A stretch of 64,000 bases of DNA. It comes from Euprymna scolopes (taxonomy: Eukaryota). The stretch's first letter is position 1. Every line of letters starts with the position of its first letter. Below, in pieces: positions 41,582 through 53,761 of this stretch. The notes below the pieces were generated by a model. The model searched no databases. It saw nothing but the letters and a program-made list of their open reading frames with translations, and had not been told where the DNA came from. The DNA lies in assembly GCA_053919585.1 (NCBI GenBank), contig JBSSHM010000258.1. The stretch is one strand, 5' to 3'. The translations under genes were made by a program, and so were the position numbers.

Positions 41582-42478
41582 GTGGTGTTCTCAATAACTG
41601 CAAATAGTACAATTAGAGAAATCAAAAATCAACTTGTTCAAATTTTTAGAGAAATAGATCCTCTATCAACTACTCAACATATACGATGGGTGTTTGAGGA
41701 ATTATTTAATCGCCCATACACACAAACCATCAATTGTTTAGATGAAAAACTTAGCCCTGCACAACAACAATCTCTTCAAAAATGGATAAATGACTACCAA
41801 CAACATAAACCTCTCTCCTATATCTTAGGAAAAACTGATTTTATGGGAATGGAGTTTATGGTTAATAAAGATGTTTTAATACCTCGTAATGACACAGAAA
41901 CAATGGTGGAATACAGCATTGAAATGATTAAAGAAAAACGCAAGCATCATCAGTATAACAAACGTCCGTTTAAAATTTTAGAATTAGGGGTTGGTAGTGG
42001 TGCTATTTCTATCTCACTTTATAAGTTATTACCTGCTCTAAAGAATACAGCAGGCATAACAATCACTGCCACAGATAACAGCCCTCAAGCACTTAATGTT
42101 GCCAAAAAAAATGCTCAAAATCATCATGCAACTATTCAATTTGAATTAGGTGATTGGTTTGCAACAATAGATCCTAAACAACACTTTGATCTGATTATTA
42201 GCAATCCACCATATGTAGATAGAAGTGAAGCAACAGAATTATCCCTTTTTTATGAGCCAGATTCCGCCCTCTATGCTGATGAAGGGGGAATGTGTGAAAT
42301 AAAAAAAATTTGTCAAAATTGTTCGAATCATCTATATGATGATGGAATATTTATTCTTGAACATGGGTATAATCAAGGCAAAAAAGTTCGCAATATATTA
42401 AAAAAATTTTATAACAAACTATCTACTACTCATCAAGACATGGCAGGAAGAGAGCGTTTCACTGTAATGAGTATGTAA
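41582..42478 (+). CDS. prmC: Release factor glutamine methyltransferase
   Basis: VLIPRNDTE, ELGVGSGAI, SNPPY, LEHGYNQG. Confidence 0.94.
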   Translation: MVFSITANSTIREIKNQLVQIFREIDPLSTTQHIRWVFEELFNRPYTQTINCLDEKLSPAQQQSLQKWINDYQQHKPLSYILGKTDFMGMEFMVNKDVLIPRNDTETMVEYSIEMIKEKRKHHQYNKRPFKILELGVGSGAISISLYKLLPALKNTAGITITATDNSPQALNVAKKNAQNHHATIQFELGDWFATIDPKQHFDLIISNPPYVDRSEATELSLFYEPDSALYADEGGMCEIKKICQNCSNHLYDDGIFILEHGYNQGKKVRNILKKFYNKLSTTHQDMAGRERFTVMSM

Positions 42479-42488
42479 AACCATAACT

Positions 42489-44072
42489 ATGTCAAATTAC
42501 TCGCCAGTTATCTTATTAAGTATTTTCTGTATAGGTTTGCTTAATGCATGTGGCCTCAACAATGCACCACAAATTGATTTTCCCGATTCAAATGACATTG
42601 ACTATAGTAGCAACCGGAGAGCTAGCTATAATTTTGACTGCAAAACTCCCTCTTCTATCAATCTAGGTATTATCAGTGATGAATATTATCCAAATCAGTA
42701 TTTTCTTAATCAAATGAAAGTGAAAGAAGCTTGGAAAATCCTTTTAAATGAAAACAAATGTTTTGGTAATAACGTCAAAGTAACAGTGGTTGATTCTAGT
42801 ATTGACGCAAAACATGAAGATCTTGATAAAAATATGGATATTAGCGGTTCTTATAATTTTATAACGGGAGTATCAGGAAGTATTGCAGAACCTCAAAAAA
42901 ACCATGGCACAAGCGTTGCTGGAATTATCGCATCTGGTGCTAATGGTTTTGGTGTGGTAGGTATTGCCAATAAAAGTCGAATTCAATCGTATAATCTCCT
43001 GAACAACAATACCGATGCCAATAAACTAATCGCTATGAATACCAGTGGAGATGTCTCTAATAATAGCTGGGGACCTAGTGATAGATATCCAATCTTAGAA
43101 ACAATAAACTCTAACCTAAAAATTGGCATTGATGAAGGAATAAAAAATGGCAGAGACGGAAAAGGAACAATTTATGTATGGGCAGCAGGAAATGGTGGAA
43201 AAAATTACAACAATAGCAACTATGATGGCTATGCTAACTATCGAAAAGTTATTGCTGTTGGGGCATTAACAACTCAAGGAACACAAGCTGACTTTTCGGA
43301 AAAAGGAGCAAATTTATTAGTTTCTGCCCCAGGTGATGCCATTTATACGACTAAAATCACCCCTCAAACATTTATCAACAATGACTGCAACGGTATCAAT
43401 TGTCGATACACCAAAACATTTAATGGCACTAGTGCTGCTGCACCCATGGTGTCTGGTGTAGTAGCTCTATTACTGGAAGCCAAACCTTCTCTAGGTTGGC
43501 GTGATGTACGCCTTATCCTTGCACGTAGTGCTTCAAAAATAGATAGTAGTAATAGTGATTGGAAACAAAATGGAGATGGTTTGTGGGTAAATCATCAATA
43601 TGGCTATGGGCTAGTTGATGCAGAAGCTGCAATAAAATTAGCTAAAAATTGGGCTAATGTAGCTACAGAAGTTAGCTACACAACTTCTCAACACTACACC
43701 ATAAATAATAAAATAGAGTACACAACTCCTGCAAATTCTGTTGATTTCACACTTTCCATAGCCAATGGTCAGACCAACCTATCTTCTTTAGAATCTGTTG
43801 AATTAATAATTGATTCTGATCATAGCTACTGGGCAGATCTAACGATTGTATTAATTAGCCCTCAAGGAACAAAAAGTGTTATCACAGAAACTCATCTTTG
43901 CAATCAACAATGTAGCTCACAAAATGGACAAAGCCTATCTGGCTTTGTCTTTAGCAGTGCTCGATTAATAGGAGAAAATCCTATAGGAAATTGGACAATA
44001 CGCATTGAAGATGGATTCAAAAAAGATTCAGGTACAGTCAATAAAATCACTCTAAATCTACACGGCACATAA
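42489..44072 (+). CDS. S8 kexin/furin-like serine protease lipoprotein with P-domain
   Basis: Lipobox LNAC; VVDSSID, HGTSVAG, AAGNGG, NGTSAAAP; P-domain (DLTIVLISPQGT, GENPIGNWTIRIED). Confidence 0.9.
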   Translation: MSNYSPVILLSIFCIGLLNACGLNNAPQIDFPDSNDIDYSSNRRASYNFDCKTPSSINLGIISDEYYPNQYFLNQMKVKEAWKILLNENKCFGNNVKVTVVDSSIDAKHEDLDKNMDISGSYNFITGVSGSIAEPQKNHGTSVAGIIASGANGFGVVGIANKSRIQSYNLLNNNTDANKLIAMNTSGDVSNNSWGPSDRYPILETINSNLKIGIDEGIKNGRDGKGTIYVWAAGNGGKNYNNSNYDGYANYRKVIAVGALTTQGTQADFSEKGANLLVSAPGDAIYTTKITPQTFINNDCNGINCRYTKTFNGTSAAAPMVSGVVALLLEAKPSLGWRDVRLILARSASKIDSSNSDWKQNGDGLWVNHQYGYGLVDAEAAIKLAKNWANVATEVSYTTSQHYTINNKIEYTTPANSVDFTLSIANGQTNLSSLESVELIIDSDHSYWADLTIVLISPQGTKSVITETHLCNQQCSSQNGQSLSGFVFSSARLIGENPIGNWTIRIEDGFKKDSGTVNKITLNLHGT

Positions 44073-44116
44073 TCTGATAGCTCCTCCAAAGGTATAGATA
44101 AACCCTTACCCTCTCC

Positions 44117-45238
44117 TTATTCGCTTTGACTGATTATTTTTCTGCGTTGACGTACAGCCGGTGCTAATATATCTCTCAAAACTATCTCTGTATCCTGCCA
44201 GCTGATGCAAGCATCAGTAATACTTTTACCATACACTAAATCTGACTGATTAGCACTAATTGATTGATTACCTTCTTGTAAAAAACTTTCAATCATTACA
44301 CCTGTAATACGTTGTTCTCCACTACTGAGTTGTTGTGCCACATCTTCAGCAACAATCATCTGACGTTTGTGTTGTTTCAAGCTATTACCATGACTAAAAT
44401 CTATCATGATTGTTGCTGGTAAACTTTTATCTTCTAAACATTCACTCGCTTTATCAATATGCACAGCTTCATAATTTGGCTTTTTACCACCACGCAAAAT
44501 AATATGACCATGTGAATTTCCATGAGTTTTCACAACAGAGCATTTTCCGGATTTGCTAATTGACATAAAAATATGTGGTCGTTGACTAGATAAAATGGCA
44601 TCTCGTGCAATGCCATAATCACCAGAGGTGCCATTTTTAAAACCAATGGGACATGAAGAGCCAGAAGCTAATTCACGATGTCCTTGACTTTCAGTTGTTC
44701 TTGCACCAATGGCCCCCCATGCGATCAAATCAGCAATGTATTGAGGAGAAATCAAATCCAAAAACTCCGTTGCAGCAGGCAAACCGATATCTGTAATATC
44801 AAGCAATAACTTACGTGCTATTTTCAATCCTTTGTTAATATCAAAACTTTCATCTAAACCTGGGTCATTAATTAACCCTTTCCAACCCACTGTGGTGCGT
44901 GGTTTTTCAAAATACACACGCATAACAATAAGCAAGTCATTCTTCAACTCATCTGCGATTTTCTTAAGACCCTTTGCATACTCAATTGCTGCCTTGTTAT
45001 CATGAATTGAGCAAGGACCGACTACCACTAACAATCTATCGTCTTTCTTATCTAATACATCTTTAACCTCTTGACGAGATTGAATAATAAGGTTTGTTTT
45101 TGTTTTATCTAAAGGAAATTCCTCAATTAGTTTTTCTGGTGCTATCATATCAGTATACGATTCAATAAATACATCATCAGTAGTAGAAGTTTGTTTACAA
45201 CAATCATCAGAATAACTTTGTTTGGTGTTTTTTGACAT
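44117..45238 (-). CDS. aroG: DAHP synthase (class I-alpha, AroF/G/H type)
   Basis: GPCSIHD, RVYFEKPRTTVGWKG, IGARTTESQ, DFSHGNS; isozyme uncertain. Confidence 0.92.
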   Translation of the reverse strand: MSKNTKQSYSDDCCKQTSTTDDVFIESYTDMIAPEKLIEEFPLDKTKTNLIIQSRQEVKDVLDKKDDRLLVVVGPCSIHDNKAAIEYAKGLKKIADELKNDLLIVMRVYFEKPRTTVGWKGLINDPGLDESFDINKGLKIARKLLLDITDIGLPAATEFLDLISPQYIADLIAWGAIGARTTESQGHRELASGSSCPIGFKNGTSGDYGIARDAILSSQRPHIFMSISKSGKCSVVKTHGNSHGHIILRGGKKPNYEAVHIDKASECLEDKSLPATIMIDFSHGNSLKQHKRQMIVAEDVAQQLSSGEQRITGVMIESFLQEGNQSISANQSDLVYGKSITDACISWQDTEIVLRDILAPAVRQRRKIISQSE

Positions 45239-45339
45239 TCTTGAGAATATAATTTAAGGATAAAACAAAAAAATGCTTTAAAAATATAAAGCCCAACCCT
45301 TCATTATAACACCATTTTAAACATTAACAAATAATGTAA

Positions 45340-46738
45340 ATGTCAAAAGAGAAGACTGTCTATTTTTGCAAATCTTGTGGCAATGAATTTTCTCGTTGGG
45401 TTGGGCAATGTCCAGCATGCAAAGAATGGAATAGTATTGCGGAGCAACCTAAAATCAGCCGTTCATCTAAGAAAACATCAAAACAAAAGCAATTACTAGC
45501 ATTAGGGGATAATGAGGATGCTCTAAAACCTATTGTTGCTGAGCAAGTCCCCACTTGATGAGCAGAATCGTTGTCTTACTAGCATGTCCGAGCTAGATAG
45601 AGTATTGGGTGGAGGCATTGTTGAAGGCTCTGTTATCCTTATTGGTGGCGATCCGGGAGTGGGGAAATCCACACTGCTTACCCAAATTGTTACCCACTTA
45701 TCACAACAACAAAACGTCTTATATATCAGTGGTGAAGAATCATCAGCACAAATTAGTCAACGTTGTCATCGCCTTGAACTGCCACAAAATAAATTATGGC
45801 TACTTACTTCTACTGATATCGACGATATCCTACACTATGCACATGAACATACGCCCACTATCATGGTCATTGATTCCATACAAACCATGTATAACGATAA
45901 GGTTAATTCAGCCGCTGGTAGTGTGACACAAGTAAGAGAATGTTGTGCCCAACTTGTTCGTTATGCCAAACTTAATCGATGTGCGGTATTCGTGATTGGA
46001 CACGTTACCAAGGATGGGCATATTGCCGGACCAAGAATTTTGGAGCATATGGTTGATACTGTTCTTTATCTTGAAGGAGAAAGTGACCCACGCTATCGTA
46101 TTTTACGTGCAATCAAAAATCGCTTTGGAGCAATTAATGAAATTGCCGTCTTTGCTATGACAGAGAAGGGAATAAAACAAATAGCCAACCCTTCTGCTAT
46201 TTTCTTAACCAACCGCAACCAACAAGCCTCAGGAAGCGTTGTTGTGGCGATAAAAGAAGGCTCTAGACCACTACTTATTGAAATTCAAGCTCTTTTTGAT
46301 ACAGCATCTTCCTCACATAGCAAACGTCTTGCTATCGGCATTGATTATAATAGATTGTCTATGCTTTTAGCTATTATGCATCGCCACATAGGTATCAGCA
46401 CCTATGAACAAGATTGCTATATTAACATTGTCGGTGGCTTAAAAATACAAGAAACCGCAACAGATTTGGCAATCATGATTGCTCTGTACTCCTCTTATAA
46501 AAATTCACCATTGCCCATTGATTTATTGGTATTTGGTGAAGTTGGGCTAACTGGAGAGGTGAGACCTGTGGCAGATGGTGAAGCAAGAATTATTGAAGCA
46601 GAAAAACAAGGATTTAAAACAGCTTTTATTCCCTTTGGAAATCTTTCTAAAAATTTAAAATCAAAAAGAAATATTAAAATAATCGGGCTTAGAACACTTA
46701 CAGAAGCTGTTGAGAAATGTAATGAAATTTTTAACTAA
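45340..46738 (+). CDS. radA: DNA repair protein RadA/Sms, one frameshift near 45550
   Basis: C4 zinc finger, GDPGVGKST, KNRFG. Confidence 0.95.
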
Positions 46739-46749
46739 GATTAAATAAA

Positions 46750-47179
46750 ATGTCCATAGAAAAAATCCAAAAACAAATCATCAGTGACTTCTCCATCTTA
46801 GAAGGATGGGAATATAAATATCAATATTTAATTGAAAAAGGTTCAAAAATCAACAAACCCGACGGTGATTTATTGATTGAAAAAAACCGAGTAAAAGGCT
46901 GTCCAATCGCAAGTATGGATGAAAGCAGAAACAATGATAAAAGATAAGCAACCAGTAGTTGTCATTCAAGCCTATAGTGATGCAGCAATTGTGCGTGGCT
47001 TAATCGCCCTACTTCTAGAGGTTTATAATGAACAAAAAGCACAAGGTATCATAGATGCTAAGTTGGACTTTCTTGCTGAAATTGGGTTAATCCAACACCT
47101 TACTCCTAACCGAAAAAATGGTCTCTCTGCCATGCTCAAACAGATTCATAGCTTTGCTCATGAAACGCTAAAAACATAA
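46750..47179 (+). CDS. sufE: SufE-family sulfur acceptor, frameshifted
   Basis: WEYKYQYLIE, RVKGC / SDAAIVRGL, LTPNRKNGL. Confidence 0.9.
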
Positions 47180-47340
47180 TACGGTCGGGTATAATTTTAT
47201 TTTATATCGTATGACATTAAGATTAAGGATTACACGGATATTGACCTGTACTACATCTTATACGTCTTAAATAGAAAATCACTATTTTTTTCATTTTAAC
47301 TTTCTAATCTCTTTGGTTACTGCTGTATTACCTTATCCCT

Positions 47341-48253
47341 ATGTATAAAAAAAATCTTCCAGATGTTGCTCTGCAAAAAACAGAAATCAATAGTCAATCA
47401 TTAAATTTTGTAGGGATGTCAGGCATCAGTATCCCCATGAAATTACTAATTGGAGAACAAACTACGGAAATAAACTGTCGCATACAAGCTGGTGTAAATT
47501 TACACACCGATGATCGTGGCATTCATATGTCCCGTATTTATAATCTGATCAACGCACATCTCAACAACCAAGTACTCAGTGTAAATTTAATACAGGATGT
47601 GCTACAACGTATTTTGCAAACACATGAAAAATTAAGTAATTATGCCCAAATGCATTTTTATTTTGAATACAGAAAATGGCAAAAGGCATTACTCTCAGAT
47701 AACTATGGCTGGCGTACTTACCCCATTGAATTTACCGTACACATGAATAAGAATCTCATCACTTTGCAACTGGGGTTAGAAGTTATGTACTCATCTACCT
47801 GCCCATGTTCTGCTGCATTATCGAGACAACTTATTCAAGAGAAATTTCTAAAAGACTTCACAAACAAAGAGTCCATAGACAGTCAAACTATTGCTGATTG
47901 GTTAGGAAAGAAGAAAATATCTGTGCCACACCGCCATAGTCAACGAAGCATTGCCATTGTTAATTTAGATATTAAGGATTCAATGAATTTTTCATTAGAA
48001 TGTATTCAGACCATCATTGAGGATATTGAACAAACATTAGGAACAGCCGTACAAGCCGCTGTTTAAACGAGAAGATGAACAAAAATTTGCACATCTTAAT
48101 GCAACAAATCTCATGTTTTGTGAAGACAGTGCAAGAAAACTTAAACATTTATTTGTACACTACAAAAAAACAAATATTGCAAATTATCACGTTCGAGTTG
48201 AACATCATGAAAGCTTACACGAACACGATGCCGTTGCTGAATTCTATGGCTAA
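47341..48253 (+). CDS. folE2: GTP cyclohydrolase IB, frameshifted near C-terminus
   Basis: GIHMSR, YSSTCPCSAALSRQL, HSQRS; shifted frame gives KREDEQ..MFCED and HESLH. Confidence 0.92.
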
Positions 48254-48274
48254 ATAAAAACCATTAGGCACAAT

Positions 48275-50329
48275 ATGCTAACAAAACTATTGAAAAATGC
48301 TTTCATTTTTGTCGTTTTAAGTTCTTTTATTGCAAGTGCCTATAGTGTCGTATGGAACTCGCCCTATAAATCTGAAGATAGTGATAAAAAAATTCTCTAC
48401 AGTTCATTCTCTTCCCCACCTAAGCATCTAGATCCAGCTAGGTCTTATTCATCTGATGAGGCTGTATTTATTGACAATATTTATGAACCCCCTCTGCAAT
48501 ACCATTATTTAAAACGCCCCTATCAACTTACTCCACTTACCGCAAAAGCCATTCCACAAGAAAAAAAGCAAATACATAATGGGCAAACATTCTATGTCTA
48601 TGATGTTTTTCTCAAAGAAAATATCTTCTACGCCCCCCATCCTGCCTTTACTGGAAAAAAAAGAGAACTGCACGCTAAAGACTATGTATTTCAAATAAAA
48701 CGCCTTGCAGACAGCAAAAATCACTCGCCAATTGCCTCAATTATGGCAAAATATATTGATGGCTTTGATCAATATCGTACACTTTTAAAAAAACAATCAC
48801 TTGATTTAAAAGAAAGTGCTAACTTAAAAATGTCTGGAGTAAGTGTCCATTTCTCCTTACCATTATCAAATTCGCCTTAAAAGACCCTATCCACAATTTA
48901 AGTATTGGTTAGCTATGACTTTCTTTGCTCCAATGCCTTATGAAGTGATTGAATGGTATACACAAGAAAAATCAAAAGATCCAAGCCATCTTGGGATTGA
49001 TTGGAATCCTGTCGGAACCGGACCATTTATGATTACAGAAAATAATCCAAATTATCGAATAGTTTTGCAGAAAAACCCTAATTTTCATGAAGAGTTTTTT
49101 CCTGATTTTTTACCTGAATATCAACAGCTTCCTGAAGATACCAGTCACTATTCAGGAGAAAAATTGCCCTTGGTTAATACAGTCATTTACACATTAGAAA
49201 AAGAAAGCATACCTTACTGGCAAAAATTCTTACAAGGTTATTATGATGCCTCTGGTATCACATCTGATAATTTTGATCAAGCTATCTCTCTTGATCAACA
49301 GGGTGATTTTTCTCTCAGTGAAAAATTTAAAGAAAAACAAATTAAGATGCGAAATCTTGTTGCTACATCAGTATACTACATGAGTTTTAATATGCTAAGT
49401 GAAAAGATTGGGGGATACAGTGAAGCAAAGAAAAATTGAGACAAGCCATTTCCATTGCCTTAAATTACGAGGAATATATTTCAATTTTTGCTAATAACCG
49501 AGGCATTGCAGCTCAAGGTCCAATTGCTCCTGGTATTTTCGGTTATCTATCAGGAAAAGAAGGAATCAATCCTTGGGTATATGATTGGAAAGAAGGTAAG
49601 GCACAAAGAAAATCTATAGAATATGCCAAAGAACTTCTCTCTCAAGCAGGTTATAGCGATGGTATCGATGCCCAAACTGGCAACAACTGAGTATTAACTA
49701 CGAAGCTGTCGGTAGTGCCGGCAATCCTAGAGAAAGCCTACAATGGATTCAAAGACAGCTAAAAAAAATCAACATTGACCTTAATATTCGCCTGACAGAC
49801 TATAACCGTTTTCGTGAAAAAATCATCTCTGGCAATGCTGAATTATTTGGCTGGGGATGGGGGCAGACTATCCAGATCCAGAAAATTTTTTATTCTTACT
49901 CTATGGACCAAATGGAAAAGTTAAATACAAAGGTGAAAATGCTGCTAACTATTCTAATCCTGAATACGATAAACTATATGAAAAGATGGTTCTACTTCCC
50001 AATACAGAAGAACGTCTAATTGTCATTCAAAAAATGATGAATATCATTAGAGAAGATAGTCCATGGATATGGGGATGGCATCCCATGATGCTGGGGCTTT
50101 ATCATCAATGGGTGGACAATGCTATACCAAATTCTGTCTCAAAAAATACCCTAAAGTATCGCTCTATTAACCCTGAACTAAGAAAAGAAAAAATCCAACA
50201 ATGGAATCAAGCTGTTTTGAGTCCACTAATTATTTTATTCTCTATACTCCTTTTGCATTTATCAGTGCCACCATTGTGATAATGAGGCGTCAAAAAAGAA
50301 CCATTCAATCTATACAAGCATCCAATTAA
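48275..50329 (+). CDS. ABC transporter substrate-binding protein family 5 with C-terminal TM helix, several frameshifts
   Basis: [40 protein letters not shown] across four ORF fragments. Confidence 0.85.
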
Positions 50330-50330
50330 T

Positions 50331-51001
50331 ATGCTTAAAAAAATAATTCTTGATGGAATTTGGGCAAAAAATCAAGCAACTTATGCCCTACTTGGATTAT
50401 GTCCACTATTAGCTGTTTCTAATTCAGTTATTAGTGCATTGGGACTTGGATTGGCGACTTTATTTGTACTTATTTGCTCAAATACCATCATTTCACTGTG
50501 CAAAGATTATATCCCTCATGAAACACGAATTCCAATATTTGTTGGTATCATTGCTTCAACAGTAACCATTGTTGAACTTATTCTTAATGCTTGGTGGCAT
50601 AATCTCTATCTAAAATTAGGAATTTTTATCCCACTTATTGTAACAAACTGTATTATTCTCGCTCGAGCAGAAAGCTATGCCAGTAAAAATACCCCTCTCC
50701 ACTCTGCATTTGATGGGCTTGCTATGGGCTTAGGATTTTTATTTGTCTTGGTTATTCTTGGTGCAATAAGAGAAATTCTAGGGCAAGGAACACTTATGCA
50801 AGATGCCCATCTCCTTTTTGGTGAGGTTGCTAGAAATTGGAGCATAAAACTTGCTGACTTTCGATTGATTGTTTCATTGCTCCTGCTGGAGCATTTATTA
50901 GCCTAGGTTTTATCGTGGCTTTGAAACAATATATAAGCTATCGAACGGAACAGAGCAAGAACAATCATCCACGAGAAATCAATGATAATATTACCGCATG
51001 A
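50331..51001 (+). CDS. rsxE: Rnf/Rsx electron transport complex subunit E, frameshift near C-terminus
   Basis: [28 protein letters not shown]; precedes nth. Confidence 0.93.
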
Positions 51002-51638
51002 ATAAGCAACACAGAGCGGCATTTTATCAAAATTAGCAGAAAATACTCCCAATCCCACCACAGAGCTAAAATATAGCTCTACCTTTGAATTGCTTATTGC
51101 CGTTATACTCTCTGCTCAAGCTACAGATATCAGCGTCAATAAAGCCACGGCAAAACTCTATCCACTTGCTAACACACCTGAGCAAATACTTGCACTCGGT
51201 GAAAATGGCTTAAAACTTTACATCAAAACAATTGGCTTGTACCACAGCAAAGCTGAAAATGTCATTGCCACTTGTCAACAATTAATCGAAAAACACAACA
51301 GTCAAGTTCCTGATAATCGTAAAGATTTAGAAGCTCTTCCCGGTGTTGGACGCAAAACGGCTAATGTCGTCCTCAATACCGCTTATGGACAATTAACCAT
51401 GGCAGTTGACACACATATTTATCGGGTATCCAATCGCACTGGTTTAGCCAAAGGAAAAACACCCTTATTAGTTGAAAAGAAATTACTTAAAGTTACACCA
51501 AAGGCATACTTGAAAGATGCACACCACCTTCTTATCCTGCATGGACGTTATATATGTAAAGCACGAAAACCACTGTGTGAAAGCTGTGTTGTTTATAATG
51601 AATGTGATTATCCAAGGCAACAAAAATCCAAGCTTTAA
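50998..51638 (+). CDS. nth: Endonuclease III, N-terminal frameshift
   Basis: LSAQATD, LPGVGRKTANV, VDTH, CKARKPLCESC. Confidence 0.95.
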
Positions 51639-51720
51639 CTAACTATTTTAGTCACCTATCTCCTAATTGTTTTTGGGGAATTTTAAGCATTTTTTATGTT
51701 TTTTGCACAAGATTATTATC

Positions 51721-52791
51721 TTATTTACCTACCTTTCCTTCCACTCCTTTCACAAAATAATCCATTGTCGCCAACTGTTTATTGCTCAAGTGTTTACCTT
51801 TACTAATTACTTGAGTTCCATCTTGCTTATAAATTGGTCCGCTAAAAGGATGCACAGTTCCATTAACTATACCTTTTTTGAAGTTTTTTATTTTTTTTAC
51901 AATAGATTTATCCAAATCTGAAGTAATAACAAAATCAACCATCTCATCTTTAATGCCACCTAAAAAAGATTCACTTTTCCATGTACCATCCAATACTTTT
52001 TTAACCACTCCTGTATAAAATTTACCCCACTTATGTATCACTGCACCAATTTGAGCTTTCTTGCCATATTTTGACATATCAGAATTATAGGCAATAGCAT
52101 AAATACCTTTATCATTAGCTGTTTTTACTACCGCAACAGAATTAGTATGATGAGTAAGCACATCAGCTCCTTGAGCAATTAAACTATTAGCAGCTTCTGC
52201 TTCTTTCCCCGGATTAAACCATGAACTTGTCCAAATTACTTTAACTTTAACATCAGGATTGATGCTCTGAGCACCAAGGATAAAAGCATTAATTCCTTTC
52301 ACCACTTCAGGAATGGGGAACGCTGCAACATAACCAAGAATATTACTTTTTGTTTTTGCCGCTGCTGCCACACCAGCCAAATAACGTCCTTCATAAAACC
52401 TTGCCGTATAGTTTCCCATATTCTTGGCTTGTTTATAACCGGTAGCATGTTCAAAAACAACATCTGGATACAATTTTGCTACTTTAAGCATAGAATTCAT
52501 ATAGCCAAAAGAAGCTGCAAAAATCAGATCATTCCCACTGCTGGCATATTTTCTAATGACACGCTCTGCATCTGGACCTTCAGGAATATTATCCACAAAA
52601 ACCACTTCAACCTTATCACCAAATTGCTTTTCTACTGCTTTACGCCCAAGATCATGCTGATAAGTCCATCCAGCTTCACCAATGGGAGAAACATAAACAA
52701 ATCCTACTTTAAGTTTATTTGCTGCAAATGAGGAATTGACTCCCATGAAACTTATAAACAAAACTGCAATAACTACACTGATTTTTCTCAT
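51721..52791 (-). CDS. BMP-family ABC substrate-binding protein (purine/nucleoside)
   Basis: GFVYVSPIGEAGWTYQHDLGR, SFGYM, YEGRYLAG, FPIPEV. Confidence 0.9.
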   Translation of the reverse strand: MRKISVVIAVLFISFMGVNSSFAANKLKVGFVYVSPIGEAGWTYQHDLGRKAVEKQFGDKVEVVFVDNIPEGPDAERVIRKYASSGNDLIFAASFGYMNSMLKVAKLYPDVVFEHATGYKQAKNMGNYTARFYEGRYLAGVAAAAKTKSNILGYVAAFPIPEVVKGINAFILGAQSINPDVKVKVIWTSSWFNPGKEAEAANSLIAQGADVLTHHTNSVAVVKTANDKGIYAIAYNSDMSKYGKKAQIGAVIHKWGKFYTGVVKKVLDGTWKSESFLGGIKDEMVDFVITSDLDKSIVKKIKNFKKGIVNGTVHPFSGPIYKQDGTQVISKGKHLSNKQLATMDYFVKGVEGKVGK

Positions 52792-52831
52792 AAAATTTTC
52801 CTAAAAATTAAAAAGAATAAGGCACAAACAA

Positions 52832-53761
52832 TCATTTAGGATCAAAAACCTTACCTAAATCGGCAGGAACACCTAATGATTTGTTATATTGTGTGGATGA
52901 TAAAAGTACTAATACAATTATAGTGGTAAGATATGGTAAGGTAGCAAGTAACTCAGTAGGAAATACACTGAAAAGTCCCGTATCTCCCTGAAGAAATAAT
53001 TGGGTAATGCTCACAAACCCAAATAATAATGCACCAGCGAGCAATCGCAATGGACGCCACATGGCAAACACAACAAGAACCAAAGCAATCCATCCTCTCC
53101 CAGCAACCATATTCTCACCCCAAAGAGGTGTATACACCAGACTCAAATATGCTCCAGCCAAACCAGCCATTGCACCACCAAAAAGCACTGCATACATACG
53201 TATTTTCAACACTGAATAACCCATCATATGAGCCGAGTGATGATTTTCACCAACAGCTCTAAGCAACAAACCTAAGCGACTATGATATAAAAAACGATGT
53301 ATCAAAAACAATAATAAAAATGTTAGATATACAATCCAATCATACTGAAAAAACAATTTACCAATAATTGGAATATCTGAAAGGTAAGTGATAAAAATAT
53401 TTTCTAACCCTTGCAATGGTTTGCCAACATAATCCAAACCTATAAAAGCACTGAATCCCACTCCAAAAATAGATAATGCTAGTCCTGAAGCAACCTGATT
53501 TGCACGTAACAATAAAGTTAATAAGGAAAAAGAGAGGGACATTAACATACCACTTAGCATTGCCATGATAAAGCCAACAAACAAACTTCCACTTTCCACT
53601 GTTCCTACAAACGCCGTCACCGCTCCAACTAACATCATTCCTTCAATCCCTAAATTAATTACTCCTGATTTTTCACATACTAGCTCACCAATACCTGCAA
53701 GCATAAGTGGAATACATGCTTGCACTGCAGCATAAATAATCACCACCAATAAATCAATCAT
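52832..53761 (-). CDS. Nucleoside-type ABC permease
   Basis: EKSGVINLGIEGMM, AGRGWIAL, LPYLTTI. Confidence 0.9.
   Translation of the reverse strand: MIDLLVVIIYAAVQACIPLMLAGIGELVCEKSGVINLGIEGMMLVGAVTAFVGTVESGSLFVGFIMAMLSGMLMSLSFSLLTLLLRANQVASGLALSIFGVGFSAFIGLDYVGKPLQGLENIFITYLSDIPIIGKLFFQYDWIVYLTFLLLFLIHRFLYHSRLGLLLRAVGENHHSAHMMGYSVLKIRMYAVLFGGAMAGLAGAYLSLVYTPLWGENMVAGRGWIALVLVVFAMWRPLRLLAGALLFGFVSITQLFLQGDTGLFSVFPTELLATLPYLTTIIVLVLLSSTQYNKSLGVPADLGKVFDPK

Noticed and set aside
47180-47340. Zur box or riboswitch upstream of folE2
   Set aside because: Only weak AT-rich complementarity; no convincing match
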